The position numbers and the translations under genes were made by a program. A stretch of DNA of 55,573 bases, counting the filler, from Bipalium vagum (Eukaryota), in NCBI GenBank assembly GCA_037834085.1. It is 3 parts of 3 records of this genome, joined end to end, with 100 filler letters (N's around TTAATTAATTAA, not from the genome) between each part and the next. Parts side by side here need not be neighbours in the genome. Positions count along the whole stretch, not along the records: positions 1 to 19,937 come from JBBMKC010263435.1; positions 20,038 to 39,482 come from JBBMKC010000010.1; 1 more part is not named here. One strand, given 5' to 3'. The notes beneath the pieces are model-generated. The model was not told where the DNA came from and made no database searches. It saw nothing but the letters and a program-made list of their open reading frames with translations. How positions within the stretch are numbered: position 1 is the first letter of the stretch; every line of letters begins with the position of its first letter. Positions 11,236 to 24,683 of this stretch are shown here, in pieces.

Positions 11236-14200
11236 TTTACTGAATAATTTGGCCTGCTCATATAGATCAAATGAATAGTACGTACCCATATAAAACAAAT
11301 CTGTATTAACTTATCCTTAAATTTTTTGTATGAATTAAAAAAAACTTTTTTGACAAATTTATTTATTAGTTAAGTTAAGAGTTATTGTTCTCATGAGATA
11401 TTTAACGTTTCGCAATCAATAGAAGAAACTTTTAATAGTAATATAGACAAACTATACAGAAAAAAATTTGATTAATATTAAAATTTGTAAAAGGATGACA
11501 AACAGTTATTTGTATTAAAGGAAATTACAACTAAAGTAAATTTGTTTATAAAATTTATAAACCTAAATATATTTTAGACTAATTTATAACTCAAAGATAA
11601 TATTTAGCTACTAAAAACTGGTCAATCTTGACCAATAAAGTTTGAAATATTGAATAAACTAAAAAAATATAAATAATAAATAATATAATAAATTGAAAGT
11701 TTAATATGATTAAGATTCATATTAAAAATATTTTACTTGTTTTAATAATTTTTAAAACTTCAGATTTATAATTTTAATAATAATAAATAAAAATATTCAA
11801 TAATGACAATTTCTTTAAAATGTACATATATATATCGAAGATGTAATTATTACCAATCATTGTCAAAGTGAAATTTAGACCACACGCCATCATTTTTGTA
11901 TGAGAGTGGCAGGAATGCATCACTATAAATCGATATGACATGACATTTTACCTGATGCCAAGAAACAAAACGATTTGCCAAAAGGAGACCGAAAACAAAA
12001 AGTAAGCCTCTTATTATGTAAAAAAATGTAAGTTTCACTCAACTCCGAAAAAGGAATCAAGCACACTATTAGCGGACACTTAATAAATAATCTTATATAA
12101 GAAAAAGGAAGAATAATTAAAAATGCAGTGATAAATAGAAGTGACAATAAAAGTTACTTGAAAAATAGACAAAAACATTTGTTTAGTTTTAGTCCATAAA
12201 TAATTAGATAATCATTATAGAGGTAATTATGAAGGCTTTGGTAACAGAATTAATTATTAATTAAAGTGTATTAATTATACTTTTCTTAATAAATTCCGTG
12301 GCCTAAAATGAAAGATACTCAATTTTTATGGTAATAATTTTTTTAATAGAACGAAATTATTTATTATACCTGTAGCAAAATATGTCCCTCTCAATTTTTT
12401 AATGCATTCGAAAGTGCATTTTAAATTATGTTGAAATGAAAAATATTTTTGAAATCGATCGATTAGATTTTAAGATATTTCAATTTTTATAAAGATTTTC
12501 ACACATTATTTTGTTTAAATTAACATATTAAACATAATAGTAAACTTTTCAAATTGAAATATTTAGATAAAGGTGCAATTTAAAAGGTATATATTTAGTG
12601 TTGTCATGAAATATTTTAATCATTTATAAACTGTTTTAGGTGTCATGAACACAACAAACCATAAAATTAATCCGGACAAGTCCTAAAGAAAATATACTCA
12701 AACCTCTATTGAATAACGTAAATAATAACTATAACCCATAAGTAAGAAGAATATGACAGTTTTTCTAATAACACTTGACGAAATATTAAAGGTCTAAGAA
12801 AAACATTACATGCATTTCTTCTCCTTCATTTCAATTAATAAATAAAGTTGAAAAATAATTATTTATTATAACTCCGTTGGTGTGTACAAGGTATAGGTTG
12901 ATGTTCCAGTGTATTTAATTTTGTAATAATAATAATATTATCATTTCAAGGAAACAATGGTTCCATTGTTCTTCATATTCAATGACATAAAACTGTGATA
13001 CCCATTTTTTAAACGAAAAAATTGCTTAACTTTTATTGTCTATTTAATTTAAATTACAATATAGGTTAATCGATATGTTCTTATATAAAATGGAATATTT
13101 AAATAATATTAATATTATAATAATAACAATAATGTCTTCAAAAAATTTCAAAATTTTAAATTTTCTAAGTAATATTAAATTATTACAAAAGTAACTTTCA
13201 TATTGAATTTTTTATTAAAAAATGATTACTTAATTGTAAAGCGCTCTTTACCAAATCATTCGTGTAATATAAGAACATAACCAATACTTTTTAAAACTAT
13301 TTCTGTCTATTGAGCTTGGACGTTATCTGATTAGACATTATTTTGTTATCATAAATTTTATAATTATGAAACTTTGGCATCAAATCAATACGAGTGTTTC
13401 AAATTGATGTCAGTTGTTCCGATTTAATAATAAATGAAATTATTTTTGAAAAATTAGTCAAATTTGAGTGGATTATTGTTTATATTATGTTGATTTTAAA
13501 ATTGTTTATTGTTACTCTGATTTCTGGTTACCATGGTTTTGATATTTTATTACGGATTTTAGTTACCTTGGGGCTTAACACAAGCATACTGGTAGATTAT
13601 ATTTTTGTACATATGTGTTGTTAAATACATATTGTTCAATGTCGACTTGACCACAATGTGGATAATAATGAAAAACCTTTTGATAAATTAATAGAAAAAT
13701 GTAAGTTTCTATTAACTTGTTTCGAACAAAATTTAAGTTTACAGGTTTTAAAATGTTATAGTTTCTAAAGTTTTAAATAATTATAAGAGGTATTATAATA
13801 ATTTAACATCAGGTTTTTATGTTTATAGAACATCGAATTCCTTTTTTATCCAACCAGATACAAAGCATGACCTTTTGGCTTTGCCACGGTTAATGGGGTC
13901 TCAGAACGTTTTGTCTATAATTGTTTTAATTTTATGGTTATTTTAAGATGATAAGAAAACCGTAGTCTTCATATCATTATCATCAAGTTTTTGAAAGGTT
14001 TACTGTATATGTATTTATTCCGAAACTATATATTTGATATTTCAATCGTTTTTCAATCGAATTTAAATAGAAAATCGTAAACATGTGCGATCTGATAATG
14101 TGGTTTAAGCGAAATTATTATTTATCATTAGAAATTATAATATAGAAAGTTAACTGAATAAATCTGTTTCAGAATTAGCTAACATATTTAATTACTAACA

Positions 14201-15184
14201 TTATAAGTTGAGGACCATTGCAAAAGAATGTGGAAGAAATCAAGGCAACTAGAATGAATGTGTATAAATTGATGGAAGAAGTTAACAGAATTTTATCTGG
14301 TTAAGATAATTTGTTAAATATCAATAGAATTTTTTCTGTATATATTCTGTATAAATAAATAGTTTTATTAAAATACCTTTGTCTTATAATTTTATATTAC
14401 TTTTATAGCGACAACCTTCTTTCATCTTTTTTTAAAATAAAAATAAAATATTTAAGGAAATTGTTCACACACCATTTTTTCAACATCATTCATTGATAAT
14501 CAATCTTTTGTGATTTCTGGTCTATTTGATTTTTTAAAATTTTCTAAAATATTAGATTCTCCTTCTATCTGATAACTTTGTGGGTTTTGTAAATTTTGAT
14601 TATTTTGTGAATATTGATATTTAAGAAAAAAAGTTAAAATAGAAAAGTGAACAATTTTAAACGAATTTGAACGAATATGAGAAAAGAACCAATAAAAGTT
14701 TAATGATTCTCCTGTTTAAGAAAAATTGGAATAATTGAAGGTTTTTAGATTTATTATATATTTCTTTTTAATCTTAATCCAAGTTTAATTGATAATTTCT
14801 AATAATTTCAAATTAAAGTACTAAATTACCAATTGCATTAATATTCTTTTTACCATTTGATGTAAATTAATATTATTTACCACTTTTATAATAGACAATT
14901 ATAATTCACGAATTTTATTAAAAAGGTAAAAGAAATTGATTTAAGAAATCTAAAATTTTATTAAAAATAATTATTTAAATAGTTAAAATATTTGTTTAAA
15001 TAAATTAATATAAGATTTTCATTTTTAAATATTGCAATGGATGATGAGGAAAAGGTATTATCTAAAGCTATGAAAGCTGTATTTAATGAAACTGCTAATC
15101 TTCGAACTCAAATAGCAGCCTTGAATGCGTATATATATAATAAATAAATAAAAGGAATAAAAAATAATCACTTAATCAGTTTGA

Positions 15185-15342
15185 CCATGTCTTACAGCAC
15201 TGGTGCGAAGCCCGGCTTTTGTCTTGAACACGAATCTGGCAACCAAAGTAATCATATTAACACCTTTTAACTGCAGTGTTATTTCCTTACACTGCTGTCT
15301 TGTCATAAATCCACATATGTAACAAAAAAAATTTGAATTCAT
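15185..15342 (-). mobile_element. Cys-rich N-terminal relic of a DNA transposase (FCYICG...YFG...QDKxWAPH type; possibly Sola-group)
   Basis: The minus strand reads NSNFFCYICG...KEIT..LK / YDYFGCQIRVQDKSRASHQCCKT with one frameshift. The superfamily label is from memory and uncertain. Confidence 0.55.
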
Positions 15343-15747
15343 ACTCAACTTCTCTCGTTTACTTATTGTAAACTTTGATCCACGATTCTTACAGACATTC
15401 TTCTTTACATAACTGCATAAACAAATTGCTAAGTTAATTGCTATTTTTATAATATCTGGTGGATTTGATCGTAACTTAATTCATCTTCCTTAAAACCGAG
15501 GTTTGAGTTGTTTACGCCAAAATTTTTATTTAATTGGTAAAATTTAAAAACATTTCATGCAAAGATAACAAATAATTAGATAACGCTTAAAAAATATTAT
15601 GAAATGCATAATAATAATTGAAAAATTATGCTTTAATTTAAAATTTATACTTTAACACAATCGTTATTTATATTATTTAAACAATTAATATTTCTAATGT
15701 AATGAAATATATTACTTGGAATGTACAATATCGTTGAATCTGACATT

Positions 15748-15817
15748 ATAGATAAATAAAGTGGTCAGAGCAGTCCATGCGCATGTGAAGGTCCGGGTTC
15801 GAATCCCAGTATCTCCG
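15748..15817 (+). pseudogene. tRNA-Ala-like sequence (degenerate; CGC at the anticodon position)
   Basis: AGTGGTCAGAGC (D-loop/A box part), CGCATGTG, GGTCCGGGTTCGAATCCCAG (T arm/B box), and TATCTCC 3' acceptor strand pairing with agata. The 5' D-stem strand is not intact, so this is not a functional tRNA. Confidence 0.7.
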
Positions 15818-15835
15818 ATTAATTTTCAACTAACA

Positions 15836-15853
15836 TGGCGACCGCACCAGGAC
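15836..15853 (+). mobile_element. LTR-retrotransposon primer-binding site (tRNA-Arg-like) directly after ...TAACA
   Basis: TGGCGACCGCACCAGGAC is the reverse complement of GTCCTGGTGCGGTCG-CCA. That has tRNA position 59-76 geometry (Y60, C61, G73, CCA), and a CA LTR-type end precedes it. Confidence 0.65.
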
Positions 15854-18372
15854 ACCAACCAGGGGACGATATCTCGAAAGTGCAAAAGTAAAGGAATGGA
15901 ATGGAAATTGAAGTAAAGAGACTATGTTTAACCAATGTCTTTGTTTTAATTAGGTAAACTTATTCTTAACCTTTGGCCTCATTTACAAGGAATAACTCAC
16001 GGAAATGAGATTTTCTTGAACCAAGGAACAAATGTATCACGATTTCCAATTAGTATTTCATCTATTGTCATAACATTTATTTTTAAATGTCATTACGTTT
16101 TAAGGAAATTTCTGTGAGATACTTCAGAAGAATTCAAAAGAATTTCATATATAAATTGTCTATAAAAGGATTTAAATCTATGAAGATTTGAAGACCAATT
16201 TATCAATTTTGACATGGTCCTTGAAAGATTATATTCAGTTCGCTTAATCAAATTTTTATAACAGATGAATAGTTTCAATATGGAAAGAAAACCATACAAT
16301 TTAACTACAATCGTGAATTCTCAACCAACATTAAGAGTATTATTAATCATTGTTACTCAATACTGAATGGGGATAAAATCAGATTAGATATTAATTGTCA
16401 TAAAAACAAATATGAATGATTATTGTGTAATAAAGGTTTTGAGGACTATGATAATACATAATTGCAAATAAAATCGAGTGAAAGGAACGGTATATTTTTA
16501 TTAGTTTTACGCTCCAATCTGTTGCCAATTGTTACTCAAAATAATACCTTGCAAAGATAATTAAAACCTTATGATTAACCATTTCTTTACCTTCAATTTG
16601 ACTTAATTTATGCAAAAGTAATTTCAGAGAATAATTGACCTTATTTGAGAGTTCCATATTTTCATGATGGCACTCTTTCAATTAATAGAAAATTACTATG
16701 AGATCATACACAATCAATTAAGGTCAAGTTGAATGACAAAAGACTTTTGTAGACAATTAGATACTTTAAACTCGATTTTGACAAAAATATCCGGAATCTA
16801 TCAATAAAAAAAGACCTTATATTAACTTAAATATCTCAGTTTCATTTTTTGAGATTTATTACTGCTATCACTATATCAGGTGTAAAAATTTAGTTTTTTA
16901 ATAAAATAAAATATAAATCAGTAAAAAAAATATCTAAGTTAGGTATATCAAAAAATAATAAATTTTTAAAACCGGAAGTAATTACTACCCTACCCTGACA
17001 ATTCGAAAAAGAAAAGAAGTTCTTAACTCCGTTGGGACAGGATTAGGAAGATGATTAATAAATACATATACATTAAGCAAAAAAGTACGAAACATTGTTC
17101 CATTAACTGTCCGTGTTGGTTAAAAAATAAAATTGTAGAGCTGCTACTAATATTAGGAAAGGTGAATTAGATTTTATTGCTGAATGAATTGATAATAAAA
17201 TGGATTGTCGTTTGCTGAGATTGTCTAAAAGCTATTTTGGTCCATTTGTATGCAATTGGTAAATTATAAACTGACCAAGTGGGTCCGATATTCAATAATA
17301 AAGGAGAACAAGTTTCACCAACTAACACTATGTTCTTCTCATCTTTTACGACATGATGTAACAACATTTGTTGACTTGTAAAAATATGAATTTACTTCAT
17401 TTAATAACAAGCGAAAATATCATTGGTTGTCACCAAAATGGTAGAATGTAATATAAATCATTCACTACGAGTTTTTCGGCAAGAGTAAAACCACCAATTC
17501 TGGTTTGTATTAAAAACAACTTCATAGAGTAAAAGATTTACTGCTTCAACAAAAAGGCCCAAAAACAAATCACAAATAAATTTATTATCACACGATAAAT
17601 CAAACGCATATCGCAAAACTATAGCAGATCGACAAAATTCTCTGCATTTTTCTAGGCTTAACTAGACATAATTTCGTTACCGATTCATTCTTTACGTCTA
17701 CCAGTGAATGGACAAAGGAATGATAAGCCCCTGTTTTAAAGACGTTGGGGAATAAATAACCATTTTCATGGTGATAAATGTCAAAAAATGTATAAAATAA
17801 TTAGGTATTTTAAAATATATTCACCAAATTTATATCACATATAAATTTTCAAATATATAATTATAGAAAATTATATTTCAGACTGGATTATGTAATTTTT
17901 ATCAAAATTTAAAGTTTATGATTGTTAGTTACTAAGACGTTATCCACTGTTTCAGAATTCAAAAAACTCAAGATTTTGTAACATTTTTATTTGAAGAAAA
18001 TAATTTTATAGGTTTAATAAGTGCTCTCTTTTTATTCTTTGTTTAAACAAATTAATTATCTAAAACTATTTAAAATTAATTTTTTAAAAAACTTAGGTGG
18101 TATCGCCAAGAAATTAAGTAATTGGTAGAAAAAAAGATGGCATCGAATTATAGAAACTGGTGAACTATATTTCGAGGATTATTGTGATCTGTGTTTAAAA
18201 ATTGTAAATTAAGTATTTGCTTAAAACATTAATAACTTCTAACTCAACCTAATAATATCCTTTGGTTTGTCGTGGAAAATGTGCAAGCAGAAGATAAATA
18301 TTCGAAGATAACTGCTATTATATTCAAATTCAAAAATAGATAGTATTTTTTGTGACACTTTGATCAATAATC

Positions 18373-19455
18373 TATTAGGCTGTCCGGAAATTCTTCGGTT
18401 TTTGTTAATAACAGTTGGGAAGATGTTAATAATTTTATTGTATGTATGAGTCCAATAAACAGTTAATAACTTTTTTATTATAGAATATACTACAAAAATT
18501 TTAATTTGTTTATATACATACATTTTATACGGCCCAGTTTTGAAAATGCAAAATCAAAATAAACATTTTAGATATATTGTACGTTATTACTTTAAAAAAG
18601 GCAAACCAGCTGTAGACGTACATCGAAAATTATCTGTGACAAAAATGGGATAATAAATTTCTGAAATTTCTCGATTTAAGATTTCTATTAGGTCATTTAT
18701 CATAATGAATGCCGATTAATTATCAAAAACGACAAACATATTACCGTTCGTGAGACAGCAAAGAAGTTGAATTTTCGAAAAATATTGATGATAATTTAAG
18801 AAATCTGCTTTTTTAAAAAAGGCTTGATATTTGGGTAAACATAAACTGGAAGAAAATCAATTAACTAAACCTATAAATATTTGTTCCATGCTTCTTTAAC
18901 AAAATGAAACCAATCTATTTTTGAAAAACCTGATAACCGGTGACGAAAAATAAATTATATACAATAATGTCATCCGCAAAAGATCATGATCAAAGGCCGA
19001 TGAGACCAACTAGAGAATATCAAAATCCTGAAACCCACCAAAAAAGGTTATGTAATCCATATGGTGTGATTACAAGGATATTATGTACTTTAAGCTCTTA
19101 CTATTTAACAAAACAATTGATTCAAATGTATACTGCCAAAAACTATCAAAAGTAAACGATTGTTTGACGCAGAAACGTCCAGAATTAGTAAATCGACCAC
19201 ATGTGTTTCATCAGGACAATTCACATCCCCACACTTCTTTGGTCACTCGCGGTTGAAATGTTCTGCCATATATATCATATAGCAGTACCATTGCACTAAC
19301 AGATTGCTATCTTTTTCTCTCTTTACAAAATTCTTTGGCTGGGAAAATATTTCAATCAAATAACATTATTAAAACTTAGCTCGACGATTTATTCGCTAGA
19401 AAAGATCCCAAAACGTATGAAGCTGGAATACTGAAATTAACTGAGAGATGGAACT
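18373..19455 (+). mobile_element. mariner transposon, degenerate, 3' TIR not seen
   Basis: TA|TTAGGCTGTCC TIR; MQNQNKHFRYIVRYYFKKG; FLKNLITGDEK*IIYNN; HQDNSHPH; DCYLFLSLQN; GILKLTERW. Confidence 0.9.
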
Positions 19456-19865
19456 TTTCATAGTCAGTTGATAAATAATTGGATTAATATAATTTGCATT
19501 TAATTACTGGGAAGATAAAAACCTCATTGTGCTCAATATTATTTGAGTGGTTCTTTCAAATCAGTTTTGCATTTTTGATCGATCAATAATTTAACTATTT
19601 CAAAGTAACCCTATTAACTATTCCTATGAATTAGTTTCAATCCATTTATCAAACAATCTGCAAACATTAGGATTTTCTTTCGGACAGAAATCATTACATT
19701 TGTTCTTTATTGACATTAAAATCGAATCTAGTCTCATTTCATGTCGAAGACTAATCAAAATTAAACTTATGAAATAAAGCCACTAATAAACATTCTGGAA
19801 TTATCAGAGTAAAATATTAAAGAATAACTTAGAAGATAATTCAAAATATATATATAATTTTTATT

Positions 19866-19869
<4 letters not shown>

Positions 19870-19937
<68 letters not shown>
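19870..19937. repeat. (ATT)n microsatellite running into an assembly gap
   Basis: Pure ATT run. Confidence 0.95.
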
Positions 19938-20037
19938 NNNNNNNNNNNNNNNNNNNNNNNNNNNNNNNNNNNNNNNNNNNNTTAATTAATTAANNNNNNN
20001 NNNNNNNNNNNNNNNNNNNNNNNNNNNNNNNNNNNNN
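19938..20037. other. Assembly gap with artificial TTAATTAATTAA linker
   Basis: 44 N + ttaattaattaa + 44 N; the same layout occurs at 39483. Confidence 0.95.
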
Positions 20038-22360
20038 AAAACAAAATGAGTTTTCTAGACCTATAAATAGTGAGAATTAATCATGCCAAATTTTATTGAA
20101 ATATAAATATTTTTACGGCTTCATTCTAAGGACTTATCAGCCCAACCATGTATCATTACTTTTTATATAAATCCATTTTATTTTATTAGTAACTTTGTGC
20201 TACTAACTCACAGTATTACTAATTTATTATCAATATAATTATAATAATTTTATATTTTTAGAAATTTATTAATGTTTCTTATATTATATTTTATAATTTT
20301 TATATTATATATAATTTTTTAATAAAGAGAAGCAATAAAAAGGAATATTTACATTTTTATCTTTTATTGGTTCATCCTTTGACAAATAAAATAGATTAAA
20401 AGAAAATTTCACTTTTGTACATAAAATTAAGATTTTACAAAGTTGATGCACATGTAAAAGTAAATAAAAAGATGGATCACAAATGGTTAATATTGTTTTT
20501 TGCAATTTTGCAATTAATCTTTTTTGATTTGGAGAGTCGCGCATTAAAAAAAATCAAGGAAGTCATTACTTAATTTGTGGTTAACATAATCAAAAGTAAT
20601 AATAAATCACAAATTAAGTATATCTTAAAATATAATAAAATGTAAAAGTGCATAATTAAACAATAACGATTTATTTTATCTTTGTATAGATCCTAATCGA
20701 AGATAAAAGATTTTACACATCAGTTTCTTTTAAAATGATTTTTCTGGTAAAATTAAATTATAATTTAATACAAATGACTGCAACCTCTTAAAACAGATAA
20801 TAAATTTTCAAATTTTTGTAGATGCTTAAAGTTGCAAAAACCACATGGTCTTTCCTCAAAGTGGACAGATTTGGCTCTAGTTCCACGAAGTTTTTTCGGT
20901 CTTATTACAAAATCCGTTAACCTTCAAAGATCGACAGGGATTCGAACACAGTTCCTGATAAAATAAAACATGAATTTACTGAAGAATTCATAGATGTTTT
21001 CCTCACAATTCAGTGTTTATTAATGAAAGGAAAGTTGAGCTTGCAAGTACTCTTTTTAATTTACAAATTCAGACAGAATGAAGAAAATATTAATTTGCAC
21101 TACCCCGGGAAAAATGAGTATATGCTTCTCTGCTGTCACTCAAACAAAGAGGAAATAATTCATCTCGTAGTCCTTCATGAACAACTAAAACAATTTGAAG
21201 CAGCTATTGCTGCAAATAATATTTTATCTTTTTTATTCTTTACATAATTATTATTATTAATATTATTATCTTTATTATTTTTATCTACCTTGATAATAAA
21301 TCTTAAAAGTTTAAAATCAAAGTGAATAAAATCTCAGAGTGGATCAAGTATGTATCCTTTTATTAAAAATAAAGGAAATATTTCCATGATTTTTGACGAA
21401 TGAGACAAACCAGATATATTATTGATATTTACCATAATCATTTAAAAACTTGTATTACTCAATAACTGAAAGAAGTAAAGATAGCGTTGATAATATTTAG
21501 ATTTCCAAAATCAAAAATTTAAATTTCACAGAGATGTTAGTCAAAAAGTTCCAATCTCATCTTCATCACCAGACTTGTCAGTTACAGAGAATTTCCAGAA
21601 ATTAATTTCGTAAAAAAGAATAATAAAAGTTCAGAAATTATCATTTTTCCATTAAATGTCAAACGACTTTCACATTAAAAATATATATCAACCAATAGGG
21701 TTTAATTTTCTTAATAAGAAATATAAAAATCCGAATATTTGTCCTAGTGTTCGATTTTATTAGAATAAATAAAATTATTAACTGTTCTAAGCAATAATAA
21801 TTACGATCGCACCTTAATCAAAAAATTTCATTCCAAAGGTTCTTATTAATAGAAATAATTATAATTTTTAATCATGGTCGACAAAAAGTTATTTTTCTTT
21901 TTTTAACTAATAATTTATTTGTACATAATTGATTTACTTTTTGTTATAAACTTATTTCAGCCTATAATTATTTGAAAAAATAAAATAAATTAAAAATATT
22001 CTGCCGAAATGCAGAAATGTAAAGATATGATTCACTTTCACAGTTAATTAAAGAAAACCAGTTCAGTATTAGAATCGAGGTACTGAATTTTATATGATGA
22101 GAGAAAACGATCTTGGAACTCACTCCTAAATGCTGAATTCAAAATGAAAGAAAATACCACTGGCAAAAAATAAAATATATGAAGGTAAAAATATAAAATA
22201 GAAACGACATTGATATAATGGTTGATGTAAAATGTATTGAAAACATTTAAACTAAATAGTTAAATTGTAAAATGTAATTCCATGCAGTACTATATGGACA
22301 TTTGGCTAAGACTGATTTTGGCACAGTGTTTTCTGAAAAATATTCTCAATGAAAAACCAT

Positions 22361-23139
22361 CTATTTGTTGAAAACAACCTTATTTTGATAAACGACTAAA
22401 TTATCACTCAGGGTTTCCAACAATGGTAATTGATCCATAGATACTGACACAATATTTTCATCTAGGATATTTGAAAAGTTGTCATCAGACATAGGAAAAG
22501 TGCAATTGGATTGTGTATTGGGATTAAAGGAACCGGTTGATAAGGAAGAACACAAAGAAGGAGGAGGTCTGCTATTACAAAAGCCATTTGTAATAATTCC
22601 AGGCCGATGACAGCAACATGGGTTATTGTTGGTTGAGGACGATGTTCCGGAAGAACCATAATAAGAATTATAGTGATATAAATGACAAGGGGGACAGAAT
22701 ACTGTATTATATCCATTGCATTGATGTGGTCCATCATAATAAATTTGATGTTGATGGGAATATGGGATATTGGGGTTAAAATAAACCGGGGTGTGATCTT
22801 GTAACACATTTGTTGGTGTTTGACAATTCATCGCATTAAACGAGTTGTTTCCAGAATTCATACAAGGGGCATTATAAGAGGGATTATAAAAAGGTGGTAG
22901 TTGAGATTTTGTTTGATCTGGGGGTATTGAGGGGCTTTGAGAATGTGAAAAATAATGTTCAAGTTTAACTGCTGCAGTTTTCGATAACGAAGAATAATTG
23001 TTCTGGTTAAGTTGATTAGGATTCTGTTCACCATTTATTTGTGTATTACTTTTGGCTGAAGTAAGAGAACCAATTCCAGAACTGACTTCAGAAAGAGCTC
23101 CAATCACAGATGAGATCTCATTGTATTTTGAATCTTCTT
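22361..23139 (-). CDS. gli: Gli/Ci transcription factor, terminal exon (Ser/Asn/Pro-rich activation region, stop TAG)
   Basis: Acceptor tattcag| is phase 1, matching the upstream exon. The frame is open for 259 codons, with an acidic/hydrophobic tail DDNFSNILDENIVSVSMDQLPLLETLSD. Confidence 0.8.
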
Positions 23140-24556
23140 CTGAATAGATAAATAAAATAAGATAATTTTCCTTAAACAAGCAAAGATTTTAGAAAAACAA
23201 ATTATAGTATCAGGCCTTCAAAAATGTATGCTTGTTTGCAAATACCCTAAAAATATTAATTTTTATTAATAAAACATAGTCACTTATACATAACAAGAAT
23301 TATGATTATAGAAAAGCATTGTTATTTTGTTTAAATATATTAGTTTAAAAATTAAGGTACACAAATAAGCAAAAAAATTAAACATGTTACAGTTTTGTTT
23401 AAATCTGGTGAAAACACTATTAAAATTCATCAACATCTATGCAATTTAAACCAAAATGAGACAATTGATGTCAGCAGCGTTAGAATATGGATAAATCGAT
23501 TAAAAACGAAGATGTAAATATATTAGACAAGTCAGACATTTAACTTAAATGAAACCATTAAAATGCTGTAAAACGAAGGTACAAAAGCCAAGATAAGCAG
23601 TTTTAAGAGGTTGCTTTTACCAATTTAAGTGAATTAGACAATTAAAGATGAACAAAGTATCGTGTGGGCATACAAAAGAATTTATTTTGGTTACGAGAAA
23701 ATACAAGATGAGAAAACACTGATATCAATGACAAAAAACATGTTAAAGAAACCTTTAAGGTTGTATAACCTCATCAAATAGTAAAAAATATTATAAAAAA
23801 TAAATAATAATAAGATACAAAATTATAAATATAATTCTAAAAATTCAGTCTTTTAAGTTTTTAAAAACTTTCACATTGAAGTTCGCACAATGATCTGTTA
23901 GGTACCATCTTAAAAAGTTATGAAAAATATAACAATAAAAGATATTATTATTTTAAACTTGAATATTTTTGAGAAGGTATATTATAAGCTTTCAACAGCC
24001 TTTTTATCCGTAAAAGAAAAGAAACAGACTTGAATTACTGTTCTTTGAGGAATCCTAACGATTCGCTAAAATCCCGCTAATCTTTGTCATTTTTTATCCA
24101 ACTTATATTATTACGGGTTTCAATTTTCTATTATTTATGTAATCAAATTTATGATAATCAAATTCCATTTCTGACTCTTCATTGTGTCACATTAATTAAT
24201 AAAGTTAGAATAAATTCTAGAAGTTATTGTACGTTTTGAGTCATCAACTAAAGTTCAATTATTACAATTAAACAGTAACCGATAAATCCTCAAGTGAAAT
24301 GTAACTAAATACAATCATAAGATAAAGATTATTAAAAAGCATCATGGGGAAGGTAGAAGAAACTATTGAAGACAATCTTCTACTGATCCAGACAGTTTAT
24401 TGAAATTTCTACGACTTAAGAATAAAAATATATAAATAAGATGGTAATCACAGATAACTTTTAATTAAACAAGTGATCACTATAAAAATGTGTGACTGGA
24501 GAATTATTATTATTATCTTTAAAATATATGATTGATATAATAAAATAATAATTTAC

Positions 24557-24683
24557 CCAACTTATTGATCATTTCAGTGGTCAAATTGCTGCTATCAGAA
24601 ATTAATTCTGTTTTGACATTCAGCCGGTTTGTCATGCACTGATTAGACGTATTTGATCTGACAGCAATGACTTGACCATTATT
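24557..24683 (-). CDS. gli: Gli internal exon (127 nt)
   Basis: ttttatcag|AAT...TTG G|gtaaat. Open frame NNGQVIAVRS...EMINKL; phase 0 in and phase 1 out join both neighbours. Confidence 0.75.

Noticed and set aside
19982-19993. Palindromic TTAATTAATTAA between N runs (also 39527-39538)
   Set aside because: The identical 44N-linker-44N layout occurs twice; it is a six-frame-stop scaffolding linker, not biology.
20930-20955. Reverse-strand GTTCGAATCC B-box
   Set aside because: No A box or cloverleaf context.
22462-22809. 115-aa alternative-frame ORF inside the Gli last exon (similarly 30786-31061, 30827-31021, 32419-32601, 32781-32972, 43406-43651, 44881-45090)
   Set aside because: These are shadow ORFs of real exons with no recognisable motifs.
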